From Candidatus Hydrothermarchaeum profundi (GTDB lineage Archaea > Hydrothermarchaeota > Hydrothermarchaeia > Hydrothermarchaeales > Hydrothermarchaeaceae): a stretch of DNA of 64,000 nt. The notes below the pieces were generated by a model. It ran no database searches. It was not told where the DNA came from and worked only from the letters and a program-made list of their open reading frames with translations. Each line of letters starts with the position of its first letter. Positions within the stretch are counted from its first letter, which is position 1. Shown piece after piece: positions 26,520-35,146 of the stretch. The DNA is taken from assembly GCA_002011125.2 (NCBI GenBank), contig MTMF02000009.1:1000989-1064988 (forward strand), read 5' to 3'. The position numbers and the translations under genes were made by a program.

Positions 26520-27332
26520 TTGGCTTCAGAGTCGGAAAAAAAAGGAAGGAGAAGGTATATAATATTTCTTCTGGTATCCTTTTTGATAGGGAGTATAGGA
26601 GGATTAGTTCTATTCACTTATTTAAGTCCGGATACCCTTAAAACTTCCGCTTCTGGTAAAGTATATGCGGAATCTCAGCCTGTAGGAAGTATGGTAAGTT
26701 ATACCAATCCGGAGGAAATTTATAAGCTCTTTATCTGTCCTTGCTGTGGTAGTACAATAGACGCATTATGTTGTGAGTCAGCTATAGAACGAAAAGCCTA
26801 TGTTGACGGACTCTTAGATGCGGGATTAGATAAGACAGAGATAATGGTTAAGATGACTTCTCGCTATGGATTGGATTCTCTCGCAAGCGATTCATTGAAA
26901 ACCGAGGTTAGGGAGATTCTAATCGAAAGAGCCCCCGAAGATAGGCCACAGCTAGTAATTTACCCGAAAGCCTATGACTTGGGAAATGTGAGTGTTTCAG
27001 GCGGAGTTGTCACAACTCTTGTCCACTTAACAAACAAGGGAAAAACAAATCTGGTGATTGATGATATGGAGACTTCTTGTGGTTGTACTTCTGCTTCTAT
27101 TGTTTATGATGGTGTTGAGGGTCCTCTTTTTAATATGAGGGAGCATGGTAATAATCCTGTGGGGTGGAGTGTTAGTATTAGGCCGGGTGATACTGCTATC
27201 TTGAAGGTTATTTATGATCCGATGGTGCACCCTGATCTCAGAGGAACGGTAACTAGGCTCGTCACTATATATTCTAACGACCCAATTGACCCACAGACGA
27301 CTTTTAAATTGAGATTGAATCAGGTCGATTAA
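26520..27332 (+). CDS. Membrane-anchored protein: CcmH-like Cys-rich domain fused to DUF1573 (Ig-like) domain
   Basis: TM, then FICPCC...LCCESA...LDAGLDKTEIMVKMTSRYG, then TSCGCT...SNDP. Start is TTG 26520 or 26490. Confidence 0.65.
   Translation: MASESEKKGRRRYIIFLLVSFLIGSIGGLVLFTYLSPDTLKTSASGKVYAESQPVGSMVSYTNPEEIYKLFICPCCGSTIDALCCESAIERKAYVDGLLDAGLDKTEIMVKMTSRYGLDSLASDSLKTEVREILIERAPEDRPQLVIYPKAYDLGNVSVSGGVVTTLVHLTNKGKTNLVIDDMETSCGCTSASIVYDGVEGPLFNMREHGNNPVGWSVSIRPGDTAILKVIYDPMVHPDLRGTVTRLVTIYSNDPIDPQTTFKLRLNQVD
27049..27257 (+). repeat. 209-bp direct repeat, copy 1
   Basis: Read base by base as identical to 27629-27837. Confidence 0.95.
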
Positions 27333-27333
27333 A

Positions 27334-27912
27334 GTGTCGAAATTAACAAAACACCAGGCTAAGGAACTCAAAAAGAAGAAGAAAAATAAAAAAATTGAGG
27401 CACAGCGGCGTAAAATTCAATCACAAAGAAAGATTAGGCGACTGACTAAATACATAGGCATTATCGTGATATTCTCTGTAGCTCTTCTGATAGTTAAGGG
27501 ATCAATGGGTGCTGTGGAAGGAGCGCCTTCGTTACAGGTATCGCCTGAGAGTATAAACTTGGGAGACGTAAGCGTATCCGGAGGCCCGGTAGTTGTTGGT
27601 TTTGAGATAAAAAATACTGGGGCTAGTGATCTGGTGATTGATGATATGGAGACTTCTTGTGGTTGTACTTCTGCTTCTATTGTTTATGATGGTGTTGAGG
27701 GTCCTCTTTTTAATATGAGGGAGCATGGTAATAATCCTGTGGGGTGGAGTGTTAGTATTAGGCCGGGTGATACTGCTATCTTGAAGGTTATTTATGATCC
27801 GATGGTGCACCCTGATCTCAGAGGAACGGTAACTAGGGTTGTTACCCTTTATACGAATGATCCCACATCGAAAGTTAAGGACGTATATATACGGATAAAT
27901 CAAGTGGACTGA
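27334..27912 (+). CDS. Membrane-anchored DUF1573 domain protein
   Basis: Lys-rich N-terminus, TM, then INLGDV...IKNTG...TSCGCT...TNDP. Confidence 0.75.
   Translation: MSKLTKHQAKELKKKKKNKKIEAQRRKIQSQRKIRRLTKYIGIIVIFSVALLIVKGSMGAVEGAPSLQVSPESINLGDVSVSGGPVVVGFEIKNTGASDLVIDDMETSCGCTSASIVYDGVEGPLFNMREHGNNPVGWSVSIRPGDTAILKVIYDPMVHPDLRGTVTRVVTLYTNDPTSKVKDVYIRINQVD
27629..27837 (+). repeat. 209-bp direct repeat, copy 2
   Basis: Identical to 27049-27257, 580 bp downstream. Confidence 0.95.
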
Positions 27913-27916
27913 GATA

Positions 27917-28339
27917 ATGACTAAGATGATAATTTTTCTAAGTTTGGTGTCTATGTCTATAATAGGCGGGGCAATATTTTATCAGTATTTTAAATTAGAG
28001 AGTCCAGTTTCACCGCCAGTAATTGAGATTATACCTGCCTCATATGATTTTGGTGATATCCCTTACAAGAAAGTCGAAACAACATTTAAAATTAAAAACC
28101 TGGGTGGAGAGAATCTAGAGATTCTTGGTGTAAGTACATCCTGTGGATGTACCAAAGCATATGCCAAGGAAAATATTATACCACCGGGTGGAGAAACTGA
28201 GTTGATTGTAACATTTGATCCAAATCTTATGGATTATAAAGTAGTAGGGAAGGTATTCAGAGCGGTTTTTGTTTCCAGTAATGATCCTCTTAATGAGGAA
28301 GTCAGAATAGACATCACAGCTAACGTTGTGGAGGGGTAA
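27917..28339 (+). CDS. DUF1573 domain protein
   Basis: YDFGDI...FKIKNLG...STSCGCT...IPPGG...SNDP. Confidence 0.8.
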   Translation: MTKMIIFLSLVSMSIIGGAIFYQYFKLESPVSPPVIEIIPASYDFGDIPYKKVETTFKIKNLGGENLEILGVSTSCGCTKAYAKENIIPPGGETELIVTFDPNLMDYKVVGKVFRAVFVSSNDPLNEEVRIDITANVVEG

Positions 28340-28346
28340 TTTTATT

Positions 28347-29561
28347 ATGAAAAAACAGGGCCTTATCGTATTGCTATTTATTTTCTTAGTTTTCCCACTA
28401 GCATCTGCTTATAATTCATCTGGTAAGGCGGTTATCTATTACAACGAGGCGTGTAGCGATTGTACAATCTATATTAAAAAAAATTTAGTTGTAATTCTAA
28501 GAGACTATGGTATTACCGATATACAGCTTAAGGACTACATAAATAACGATAATTACCGGAAAGAATTGGTTGAATTTAATAAAAGAAATGGCATACCTAT
28601 GGAGCTCCAATCGCATCTTACAGCTGTAGTAAATGATAGAATCATACTCGAAGGACATGTTCCAGAAAGTATAATTAGAGACCTGCTTTCTCAGCAAGAG
28701 TTTGATAAGGTCTTGGTATACCAAGATGAGATGAAGAAAGAGGCAAGAACTTATAAAGTTTGGGCTTTCTCTGGAGAAATTAAAGAATATCCCATACGAA
28801 CACCAATAAGTGAGTATATAGACTGGTTTAAATCGGAAGGCTCAAATAGGCTTCAAAATTCGCCTGTTTTATCTAATTTTGTGTCTAGTTCTCTTCTTCC
28901 GTTGGTGATTGTTACCGGACTTTTAGATGGAATTAATCCTTGTGCGTTTGCAGTTTTATTGTTTTTCATAGCATATCTTTTTACTATTAAGAGAGCAAGG
29001 GTCAGTGTTATAAAAATGGGAGTAGTCTATATAGCGGCGATTTATCTTGCTTATTTTCTGATAGGTATCGGTATAATGAAGGCTTTGGTAATTACAGGGC
29101 AGCCTCATCTAATGGCTAAGATAGGAGCTATTCTTATTATTATTTTAGGATTTATAAATATCAAAGACTACTTCAAGCCAGAGCTATTCCCGATACATCT
29201 TAAAATCCCTCATCAAGCGGTACCCCACATAAAGGAATGGGCATACAAAGCTACCTTTCCTGCAGCCTCAATTATGGGCTTCCTTGTGGGTCTCTGTACT
29301 TTCCCCTGTTCGGGGGGAATCTATGTTGCCATTATCGGATTATTATCAGCAAAAGCCACATATTTCAATGGCATAGCATATCTACTACTCTATAATCTTA
29401 TGTTTGTTATGCCTCTTGTAGTGATATTATTAGTGACATCGAGTGCGTCTAGAACAGTTAAACTTAAAGAGTGGAGAGATCGTAATGCGAGGCTGATGAA
29501 GTTAGAATTTGGAGTTGCTATGATTCTGATAGGATTTGTGATACTAAAGTGGTTTGTATAG
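28347..29561 (+). CDS. CxxC extracytoplasmic domain fused to CcdA-like cytochrome c biogenesis membrane domain
   Basis: Signal peptide and YNEACSDC, then DGINPCAFAVLLF and LCTFPCSGGIY in a multi-TM region. Confidence 0.75.
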   Translation: MKKQGLIVLLFIFLVFPLASAYNSSGKAVIYYNEACSDCTIYIKKNLVVILRDYGITDIQLKDYINNDNYRKELVEFNKRNGIPMELQSHLTAVVNDRIILEGHVPESIIRDLLSQQEFDKVLVYQDEMKKEARTYKVWAFSGEIKEYPIRTPISEYIDWFKSEGSNRLQNSPVLSNFVSSSLLPLVIVTGLLDGINPCAFAVLLFFIAYLFTIKRARVSVIKMGVVYIAAIYLAYFLIGIGIMKALVITGQPHLMAKIGAILIIILGFINIKDYFKPELFPIHLKIPHQAVPHIKEWAYKATFPAASIMGFLVGLCTFPCSGGIYVAIIGLLSAKATYFNGIAYLLLYNLMFVMPLVVILLVTSSASRTVKLKEWRDRNARLMKLEFGVAMILIGFVILKWFV

Positions 29562-29590
29562 ATTAACAAAATTTGATATGGCGGACCCTA

Positions 29591-30031
29591 TTACTTTTTT
29601 AGCCAATCACTAATATAGACTTTATATGTTCTTCCAAGACGTTCACGTGAGATTATCCCTTTCTTCTCTAGATTAAGTAAAAGAGCGCTGACTTTTGATT
29701 TCGAGAAGCCAGTTCTAAATCGCAGCGAGTCTTGAGTGACTCCTTCCGAGTTTCTAATTATATCAAGTAGAAGAATCTCATCTTCTGTTAAAGCTCTCTG
29801 CAATATATCTATACTACGGTCCATCCCAAACTCGCTTGGTCTTGCCCAGAGGTAAAATAGGAATCCAATACCCATCCCGATTACAAAGGAAAGAGTCATC
29901 CTATAATGCATTATTCTACTACTCTCTTCAAAAAACAGAGAAAAGATTGCATCTATACCAAAAAAGATGATGAATATTAAGAGCACTGTAGATAATATTC
30001 GCTCGTTCTCTGTAGAAGGTTTTCTCACCAT
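29591..30031 (-). CDS. Membrane-anchored winged-HTH protein (MarR-like C-terminus)
   Basis: Two TM helices, then LTEDE...GVTQDSLRFRTGFSKSKVS..L..LEKKGII.RE..GRT. Confidence 0.75.
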   Translation of the reverse strand: MVRKPSTENERILSTVLLIFIIFFGIDAIFSLFFEESSRIMHYRMTLSFVIGMGIGFLFYLWARPSEFGMDRSIDILQRALTEDEILLLDIIRNSEGVTQDSLRFRTGFSKSKVSALLLNLEKKGIISRERLGRTYKVYISDWLKK

Positions 30032-30038
30032 TTTGTCA

Positions 30039-30737
30039 TCACACTACTATTTCTGGGAAATATGGGAGCAACCAGATTTGAATTTGTCTATCTAACCCTA
30101 GAAAAATAGAAATACCAGTCAAAATGAGCAGGACTCCAGCAATTTTTTTAATAGTCTCTCCATGTTTTGCAACACTACGCATCCTTGAAAAGGTGAGTTT
30201 CCCGGTATAAGCTACTATGAGCATAGGGATACCGATACCGAGAGAATAAGAGAATAGAGATAGACCGCCTGTTAGAACGTCTCCCTTAAGGGCTACAGCC
30301 GTTAAAACAGACCCCAGTATAGGGCCAACACAGGGAATCCAGACTATACCTAATGACAGACCCAATATAAATCCTCCGATTTTTCCCGTACCTACTCCTT
30401 CCTTTATCTCTATTGACCCAAGTTTGTTCATGATTACTCCTGCCGTTAAAACAAATTTTTCATTTAATTTTTCTGACACAAGAAGTAATCCTAAAAATAT
30501 TATGATGAATGTCGCAAGGTCTCTAAGAAAGCTTGTATATGTTGCCACGGTGCCCCCTATTTTAGAAGTCACGACACCCATTAGGGAGAATGTAATAGAC
30601 ATGCCCAGAACAATTGCTATAGGCCTAAGTCTGTCCCCTATTGAACCGGCCATTACGGCAGGAATTAACGGCAGTACGCAGGGGGTTAAAACTGATATAA
30701 TACCAGCTAAAAATGCGACAAGAATTAAATAAGCCAT
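30039..30737 (-). CDS. ccdA: CcdA family protein (paralogue of 24660-25382)
   Basis: TPCVLPLIP and WIPCVGPILG. Confidence 0.88.
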   Translation of the reverse strand: MAYLILVAFLAGIISVLTPCVLPLIPAVMAGSIGDRLRPIAIVLGMSITFSLMGVVTSKIGGTVATYTSFLRDLATFIIIFLGLLLVSEKLNEKFVLTAGVIMNKLGSIEIKEGVGTGKIGGFILGLSLGIVWIPCVGPILGSVLTAVALKGDVLTGGLSLFSYSLGIGIPMLIVAYTGKLTFSRMRSVAKHGETIKKIAGVLLILTGISIFLGLDRQIQIWLLPYFPEIVV

Positions 30738-30777
30738 ATAAACCTATAAATCGGGTTAACGAGATGCAATTTAGAAT

Positions 30778-31230
30778 TTATGCTCTTGTAACTTGTTTTA
30801 ATACTTGTAGGAACTCACTTGCGCTCACATAGCCGGGTATTCTAGTTATCTCTTCGCCGTTAGGTGTTAAGAATATTTCTGCTGGAGGTGCTCCTACTCC
30901 AAATCTAGCTGCTAGGTCTCCTTGTTCATCTATATTGATCGCTACTAATACAAGATTATCCTTCATAATAGCGTTTACTTCAGGATTCACATAAGTGTCC
31001 TTTTCTAACTGTTCGCAATATTTACACCATGTAGCCCAGATGTAAACCATAATTGGTTTACCAGTGCTCGACGCTTGTTCTATTCCTGCCTCTAGCGAGT
31101 TGAGCCAAGTAAGTCCGCTTATATATGTTTGGCCTCCCTGGCTCACAACAGGCATATCTCTAGGAGAGAGTACTACAAACAAAAATATTAACGCTAATCC
31201 TCCAACCAATATATATTTTTCAGTTCGCAT
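30778..31230 (-). CDS. Membrane-anchored thioredoxin-family protein (paralogue of 21839-22321)
   Basis: TYISGLTW and WATWCKYCEQL. Confidence 0.85.
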   Translation of the reverse strand: MRTEKYILVGGLALIFLFVVLSPRDMPVVSQGGQTYISGLTWLNSLEAGIEQASSTGKPIMVYIWATWCKYCEQLEKDTYVNPEVNAIMKDNLVLVAINIDEQGDLAARFGVGAPPAEIFLTPNGEEITRIPGYVSASEFLQVLKQVTRA

Positions 31231-31244
31231 GGCTCTAGATTTTT

Positions 31245-31523
31245 TTATCTTGTGACAATATATGTTAAAATTATCAACGCAAAAAATTCAAATGTAGAGG
31301 CTAGCGCATGGTATGGCTCGTAAGCGCAAGTATGGGGCCCGACGGCTGCGAAAAATATGGGGCATGAGAATATCGCATTAAAAAGTAGAATACCTGCAAA
31401 CAGTACCAGTCCGAGAGTAAAAGTGGATGCGACCTTCCTATAATCTTGTACGAAAATGTAAAAGAGAAATAAAAGCAAAAAGATATTGCCAAGCGTAGTT
31501 AACAAATAGATTTCATATAACAT
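31245..31523 (-). CDS. Small 3-TM membrane protein
   Basis: Paralogue of 21556-21831. Follows the wHTH regulator. Confidence 0.75.
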   Translation of the reverse strand: MLYEIYLLTTLGNIFLLLFLFYIFVQDYRKVASTFTLGLVLFAGILLFNAIFSCPIFFAAVGPHTCAYEPYHALASTFEFFALIILTYIVTR

Positions 31524-31532
31524 ATTTTCAAC

Positions 31533-31820
31533 CTATTTTTTCCTATTTTTTATTTTTTCCCATATACTCTCGAATTCCTCATAGGAGTCCTCCATATCTG
31601 GCGATAAAAAATACATTGCCCCGTATCTTTTACCTGTAGAAACCACTATCTTATTTTCAATGAGCAGATCAATATGATGGCGGATAGTCTTATAATCCAA
31701 ACCGAGTTCTTCTGCAAGTTGGTTTGCATTATATGGTCTCTCTTTTAAAGACCGAATTATCCTAGCTCGAGTTTCACCGCCCCTGGTGCCAGCTATTAGC
31801 CACCATAAGATGCGTTTCAT
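31533..31820 (-). CDS. ArsR-like winged-HTH transcriptional regulator
   Basis: LWWLIAGTRGG.TRARII...RPYNANQLAEELGLDYKTIRHH...YGAMYF. Confidence 0.88.
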   Translation of the reverse strand: MKRILWWLIAGTRGGETRARIIRSLKERPYNANQLAEELGLDYKTIRHHIDLLIENKIVVSTGKRYGAMYFLSPDMEDSYEEFESIWEKIKNRKK

Positions 31821-31923
31821 GAAAAAAAGAGTAGACTCCGGTATATATTACTCTTTTCTATTTCAAAAAGTAAAAACAATTGTAGAAAATTATTTATTCG
31901 TTACGGTTTTTATCCCACTTAAA

Positions 31924-31995
31924 GCCGGGGTAGTCTAGTGGTTAGGCAGCGGACTGCAGATCCGCGTTACGTGAGTTCGAATCTCACCCCCGGCT
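31924..31995 (+). tRNA. tRNA-Cys (GCA)
   Basis: Acceptor GCCGGGG/CCCCGGC, anticodon arm GCGGA-CTGCAGA-TCCGC, T arm GTGAG-TTCGAAT-CTCAC, U73 discriminator. CCA is not encoded and there is no intron. Confidence 0.96.
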
Positions 31996-32108
31996 CTATA
32001 TAAATTCCTAAATCTGTGTGATTATTGCTTTTTCCCTAAAAAATATAAGGAATTTAATTGGATTTTCTATCAATTCTTAGGTATTAGATCTTTTTTAAGA
32101 TAAAAAGG

Positions 32109-32459
32109 TTAGGATAAAAGAAGTTTTAGTGCTAGAATAAATAGTATTGCAACAAATAGTATTTTAAAAGCTTCGTCCGGGATCTTTTCTACTAATCTTG
32201 CCCCAATCTGTGCACCAATTATTCCTCCAACCCCTAATAGTACTCCTACCTTAAAATCGACGTGTAAGAGGCTTTTGTGAGCTAATAATGCTGAAAGCGA
32301 TATCAGCAAAATTACAACGAAGGAGGTTCCCACAGCTTTACTCGGAGAGTATCCTAAAATAATAAGAAAGGGTACTACTAAGAATCCTCCTCCCAAGCCT
32401 GTGAACGCTGCTCCAACTCCAACAAGCATCCCTAAAACTATTAAAGCAAGTGGGTTCAT
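32109..32459 (-). CDS. Sulfite exporter TauE/SafE (TSUP) family, half-size
   Basis: GLGGGFLVVP, AVGTS and GGIIGAQIGA. About 116 aa from ATG 32459. Confidence 0.82.
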   Translation of the reverse strand: MNPLALIVLGMLVGVGAAFTGLGGGFLVVPFLIILGYSPSKAVGTSFVVILLISLSALLAHKSLLHVDFKVGVLLGVGGIIGAQIGARLVEKIPDEAFKILFVAILFILALKLLLS

Positions 32460-32510
32460 ACATATAAAATCTATTAGCGATATTTGAGTTTTTTGGCGGC
32501 GTGACATTAG

Positions 32511-33860
32511 ATGGACATAGATAAACTAAAAAAGATACTGGAAATCCCTGCTAAATTTGTAGATATCACTATCCAAGAGTCTCAGGAAAATCAGATAATA
32601 CTAAGAGACGGTATAGCTAAGGACTTGACTTCCGGAGATGCTTTTGGTATTGGTATAAGAGTATTAGATAACGGATGGGGATTTGCATCTACTAATTCTC
32701 CAGAAAATATAGACGAAATAACAGAGAAAGCAAGAAAAATGGCAGCAATCGGGGAGAAAATAAAGTATGATGAGAGAGATCCAATAACAGACAACGTAAG
32801 AGTCAAATCTAAAGTTGACCCAGTTAATGTAGATTTAGAGGAAAAAAGAGAGATTCTTCACAGATGTGAGGAAGCAGTAAGGGAATATAAAGAGGTAGTA
32901 AGTTCGACCCTTGCATATATCGATTCAAAAAGCATTTTTCACTATTTAAACTCTGAGGGAAGTGATATTAGATCAGAATATACTAGAGTAGGTATTTTTA
33001 CAACTGTTTATGCCAAAAAAAATGGAAAAATCCAAGTGGGCTCTGAGAGATTAGGTGCCACAGGTGGGTTAGAATACCTTAAAGGAGCTGAAGAAAAATC
33101 CAAAAAGGCGGCAGAGAAAGCCTTGCGTTTACTAGATGCTGAGGAAGCACCCAGTGGTGTTTTCAGGGTAGTTTTAGATCCGCTGCTGACAGGGGTCTTC
33201 ATACATGAAGCTTTAGGACATGCGATGGAAGCGGATCACGTTATAAATGGCGAGTCAATACTGGAAGGAAAACTCGGGAGCATTATAGCCAGCAGCCTCG
33301 TTACGGTCTATGATGACCCTACTATTGAAGGATCCTTTGGTTTTTATTTTTATGATTCTGAGGGAGTTAGAGGTGAAAGAAAAGCGGTATTAGAGAAAGG
33401 AATTTTTAAAAGGCTTTTGCAATCCCGAGAAACCGCAAGTAAGTTGGGAGATACACCTACGGGTAATGCTAGATCTCAAAATTATAGTCATTTCCCTATA
33501 CCAAGGATGAGCAACACTTACGTGGAGAAAGGCGATATGAGTTTTGAGGAAATGATAGAGGATATCAAATATGGAGTTTACCTTCGAGGCTCAAAAGGGG
33601 GGGAGGTAGACACGGTAAGAGGTGTATTCCAGTTTAGTGCTGAAGAGGGTTTCATAATCCGAAATGGAAAACTCGCTGAGCCTATACGAGATGTTGCTTT
33701 ATCTGGAGAAACTCTGAAAATTCTTAAGAATATAGACGCTGTAGGCAATGATGAGTTAGAGTTGCATATAGGGTTCTGCGGTAAAGCATCCCAATCGGTA
33801 CCAGTAGGTGATGGAGGTCCTCATATTAGGACAACTGCTACTGTTGGAGGGACAAAATGA
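32511..33860 (+). CDS. tldD: TldD metalloprotease
   Basis: FIHEALGHAMEAD, DDPT, GNAR, PRMSNT and CGK...VPVGDGGP. Confidence 0.92.
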   Translation: MDIDKLKKILEIPAKFVDITIQESQENQIILRDGIAKDLTSGDAFGIGIRVLDNGWGFASTNSPENIDEITEKARKMAAIGEKIKYDERDPITDNVRVKSKVDPVNVDLEEKREILHRCEEAVREYKEVVSSTLAYIDSKSIFHYLNSEGSDIRSEYTRVGIFTTVYAKKNGKIQVGSERLGATGGLEYLKGAEEKSKKAAEKALRLLDAEEAPSGVFRVVLDPLLTGVFIHEALGHAMEADHVINGESILEGKLGSIIASSLVTVYDDPTIEGSFGFYFYDSEGVRGERKAVLEKGIFKRLLQSRETASKLGDTPTGNARSQNYSHFPIPRMSNTYVEKGDMSFEEMIEDIKYGVYLRGSKGGEVDTVRGVFQFSAEEGFIIRNGKLAEPIRDVALSGETLKILKNIDAVGNDELELHIGFCGKASQSVPVGDGGPHIRTTATVGGTK

Positions 33861-35116
33861 TTGAAGTTGATAATGCGTTAAACATTCTATCAAAGATCGC
33901 AGATGGAGGAGAGATTTATTTTACTGATACTAAAAGCAAAAAAATTGAGATAAAAAAAGGTAAGATAGAGACCTTAAAAGAGACCTATTCTTCAGGATAT
34001 AGCATAAGAGTAATAAAGAACAATAGAATGGGCTTCACTTTTTCGAATGAGCTAAAAGAAGGCATTATAGAAAAAGCTTTAAACGTAGCTAAAATTGCCG
34101 AGGAAGACAAATATCTCTCATTCCCGGAAAAGCAAGTATACCCAAATGTAAAAGGGCTATACGATAAAAGTATAAGGGATATTGATATAATCGAACTCAA
34201 AGATTTCGTAGAGCAGCTCATTGATCCATGCAAAAAAAATAAAGTTATGCCTACTAGTGGGAGCATCGCTTTTTATACCTCGGAAACTAGGATATGGAAT
34301 ACTAATGGAGTTAAGGGAGAAGAAAAGGGAACAGTTGTTACCTGCTTCCTTAGTACTGTGGCTAAAAATAAAGAATCGGCAAGTGGCTTTTATTACGATG
34401 CCTCTAGGTCTTTGGACTTAGATTTCCATAAAATAGGTGAAGAGGCAACACGTCTAGCAATTGATTCCCTACATGCGAAGAGGATGGGTACAAAAGATGT
34501 CAACTTAATCCTTAAACCTCAGGCGGTTAGTGAACTTTTAGAAAATGTTTTTATACCTTCATTTAGCGCTGATAATGTTCAAAGGAATCGGTCCTTTTTA
34601 CAAGGAAAGTTGGGTCATAGATTATTTTCACCTATAAATATAGTCGACGATGGTACACTCAAGTCTGGGCTAATGAGCGGCAAATTTGACTCTGAGGGTG
34701 TTAGAATGCAGAAGACACCTCTCGTAGAGAAGGGGATATTAAAAGGATACTTATATGATACATATACCGCAAATAAGGGTAATACACATAGTACTGGGAA
34801 TGCGGATAGGAACTCCTATTCTACTCCGGTTAAAATAGATTCCACAAATTTTATAATATCCGGTGAGGGAGGAATAGGAGAGGGCTTAGTAGTCCATGGG
34901 TTAATCGGTGCCCACACAGCTAACTCGGTTACAGGCGATTTCTCTACGGAAACTAGGAATGCTTTTCTAAATGGAGTGCCAATAAAAAAAGCTATAATCT
35001 CAGGAAATATCTTTGACCTTTTAAACAGGGTGGAGGGGGTAGGTAAGGATTACATGCAAGTGTCTTCTCTCGTTTCACCTTCCATTGAGTTCTCTAAAGT
35101 TAGAGTCGTAGGCTGA
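33857..35116 (+). CDS. pmbA: PmbA/TldE family protein
   Basis: FDSEGV, STGNA and GAHTANSVTGDFS, no HExxxH. Coupled to tldD. Confidence 0.88.
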   Translation: MIEVDNALNILSKIADGGEIYFTDTKSKKIEIKKGKIETLKETYSSGYSIRVIKNNRMGFTFSNELKEGIIEKALNVAKIAEEDKYLSFPEKQVYPNVKGLYDKSIRDIDIIELKDFVEQLIDPCKKNKVMPTSGSIAFYTSETRIWNTNGVKGEEKGTVVTCFLSTVAKNKESASGFYYDASRSLDLDFHKIGEEATRLAIDSLHAKRMGTKDVNLILKPQAVSELLENVFIPSFSADNVQRNRSFLQGKLGHRLFSPINIVDDGTLKSGLMSGKFDSEGVRMQKTPLVEKGILKGYLYDTYTANKGNTHSTGNADRNSYSTPVKIDSTNFIISGEGGIGEGLVVHGLIGAHTANSVTGDFSTETRNAFLNGVPIKKAIISGNIFDLLNRVEGVGKDYMQVSSLVSPSIEFSKVRVVG

Positions 35117-35146
35117 TTTTAAACGTTATCACTATATGAGAATTAT

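Noticed and set aside
27049-27837. Repeat pair as a diversity-generating retroelement TR/VR
   Set aside because: The copies are identical with no adenine-specific mismatches, both lie inside coding genes, and no reverse transcriptase is in the window.
27027-27903. Antisense ORFs 27027-27371 and 27532-27903 with identical cores
   Set aside because: They are shadows of the DUF1573 genes. The lack of A-ending sense codons removes antisense stops, and the translations look non-protein-like.
21556-31995. Redox cluster as a tRNA-Cys-integrated island
   Set aside because: There is no integrase, I found no duplicated tRNA end, and the cluster lies on the 5' side of the tRNA.
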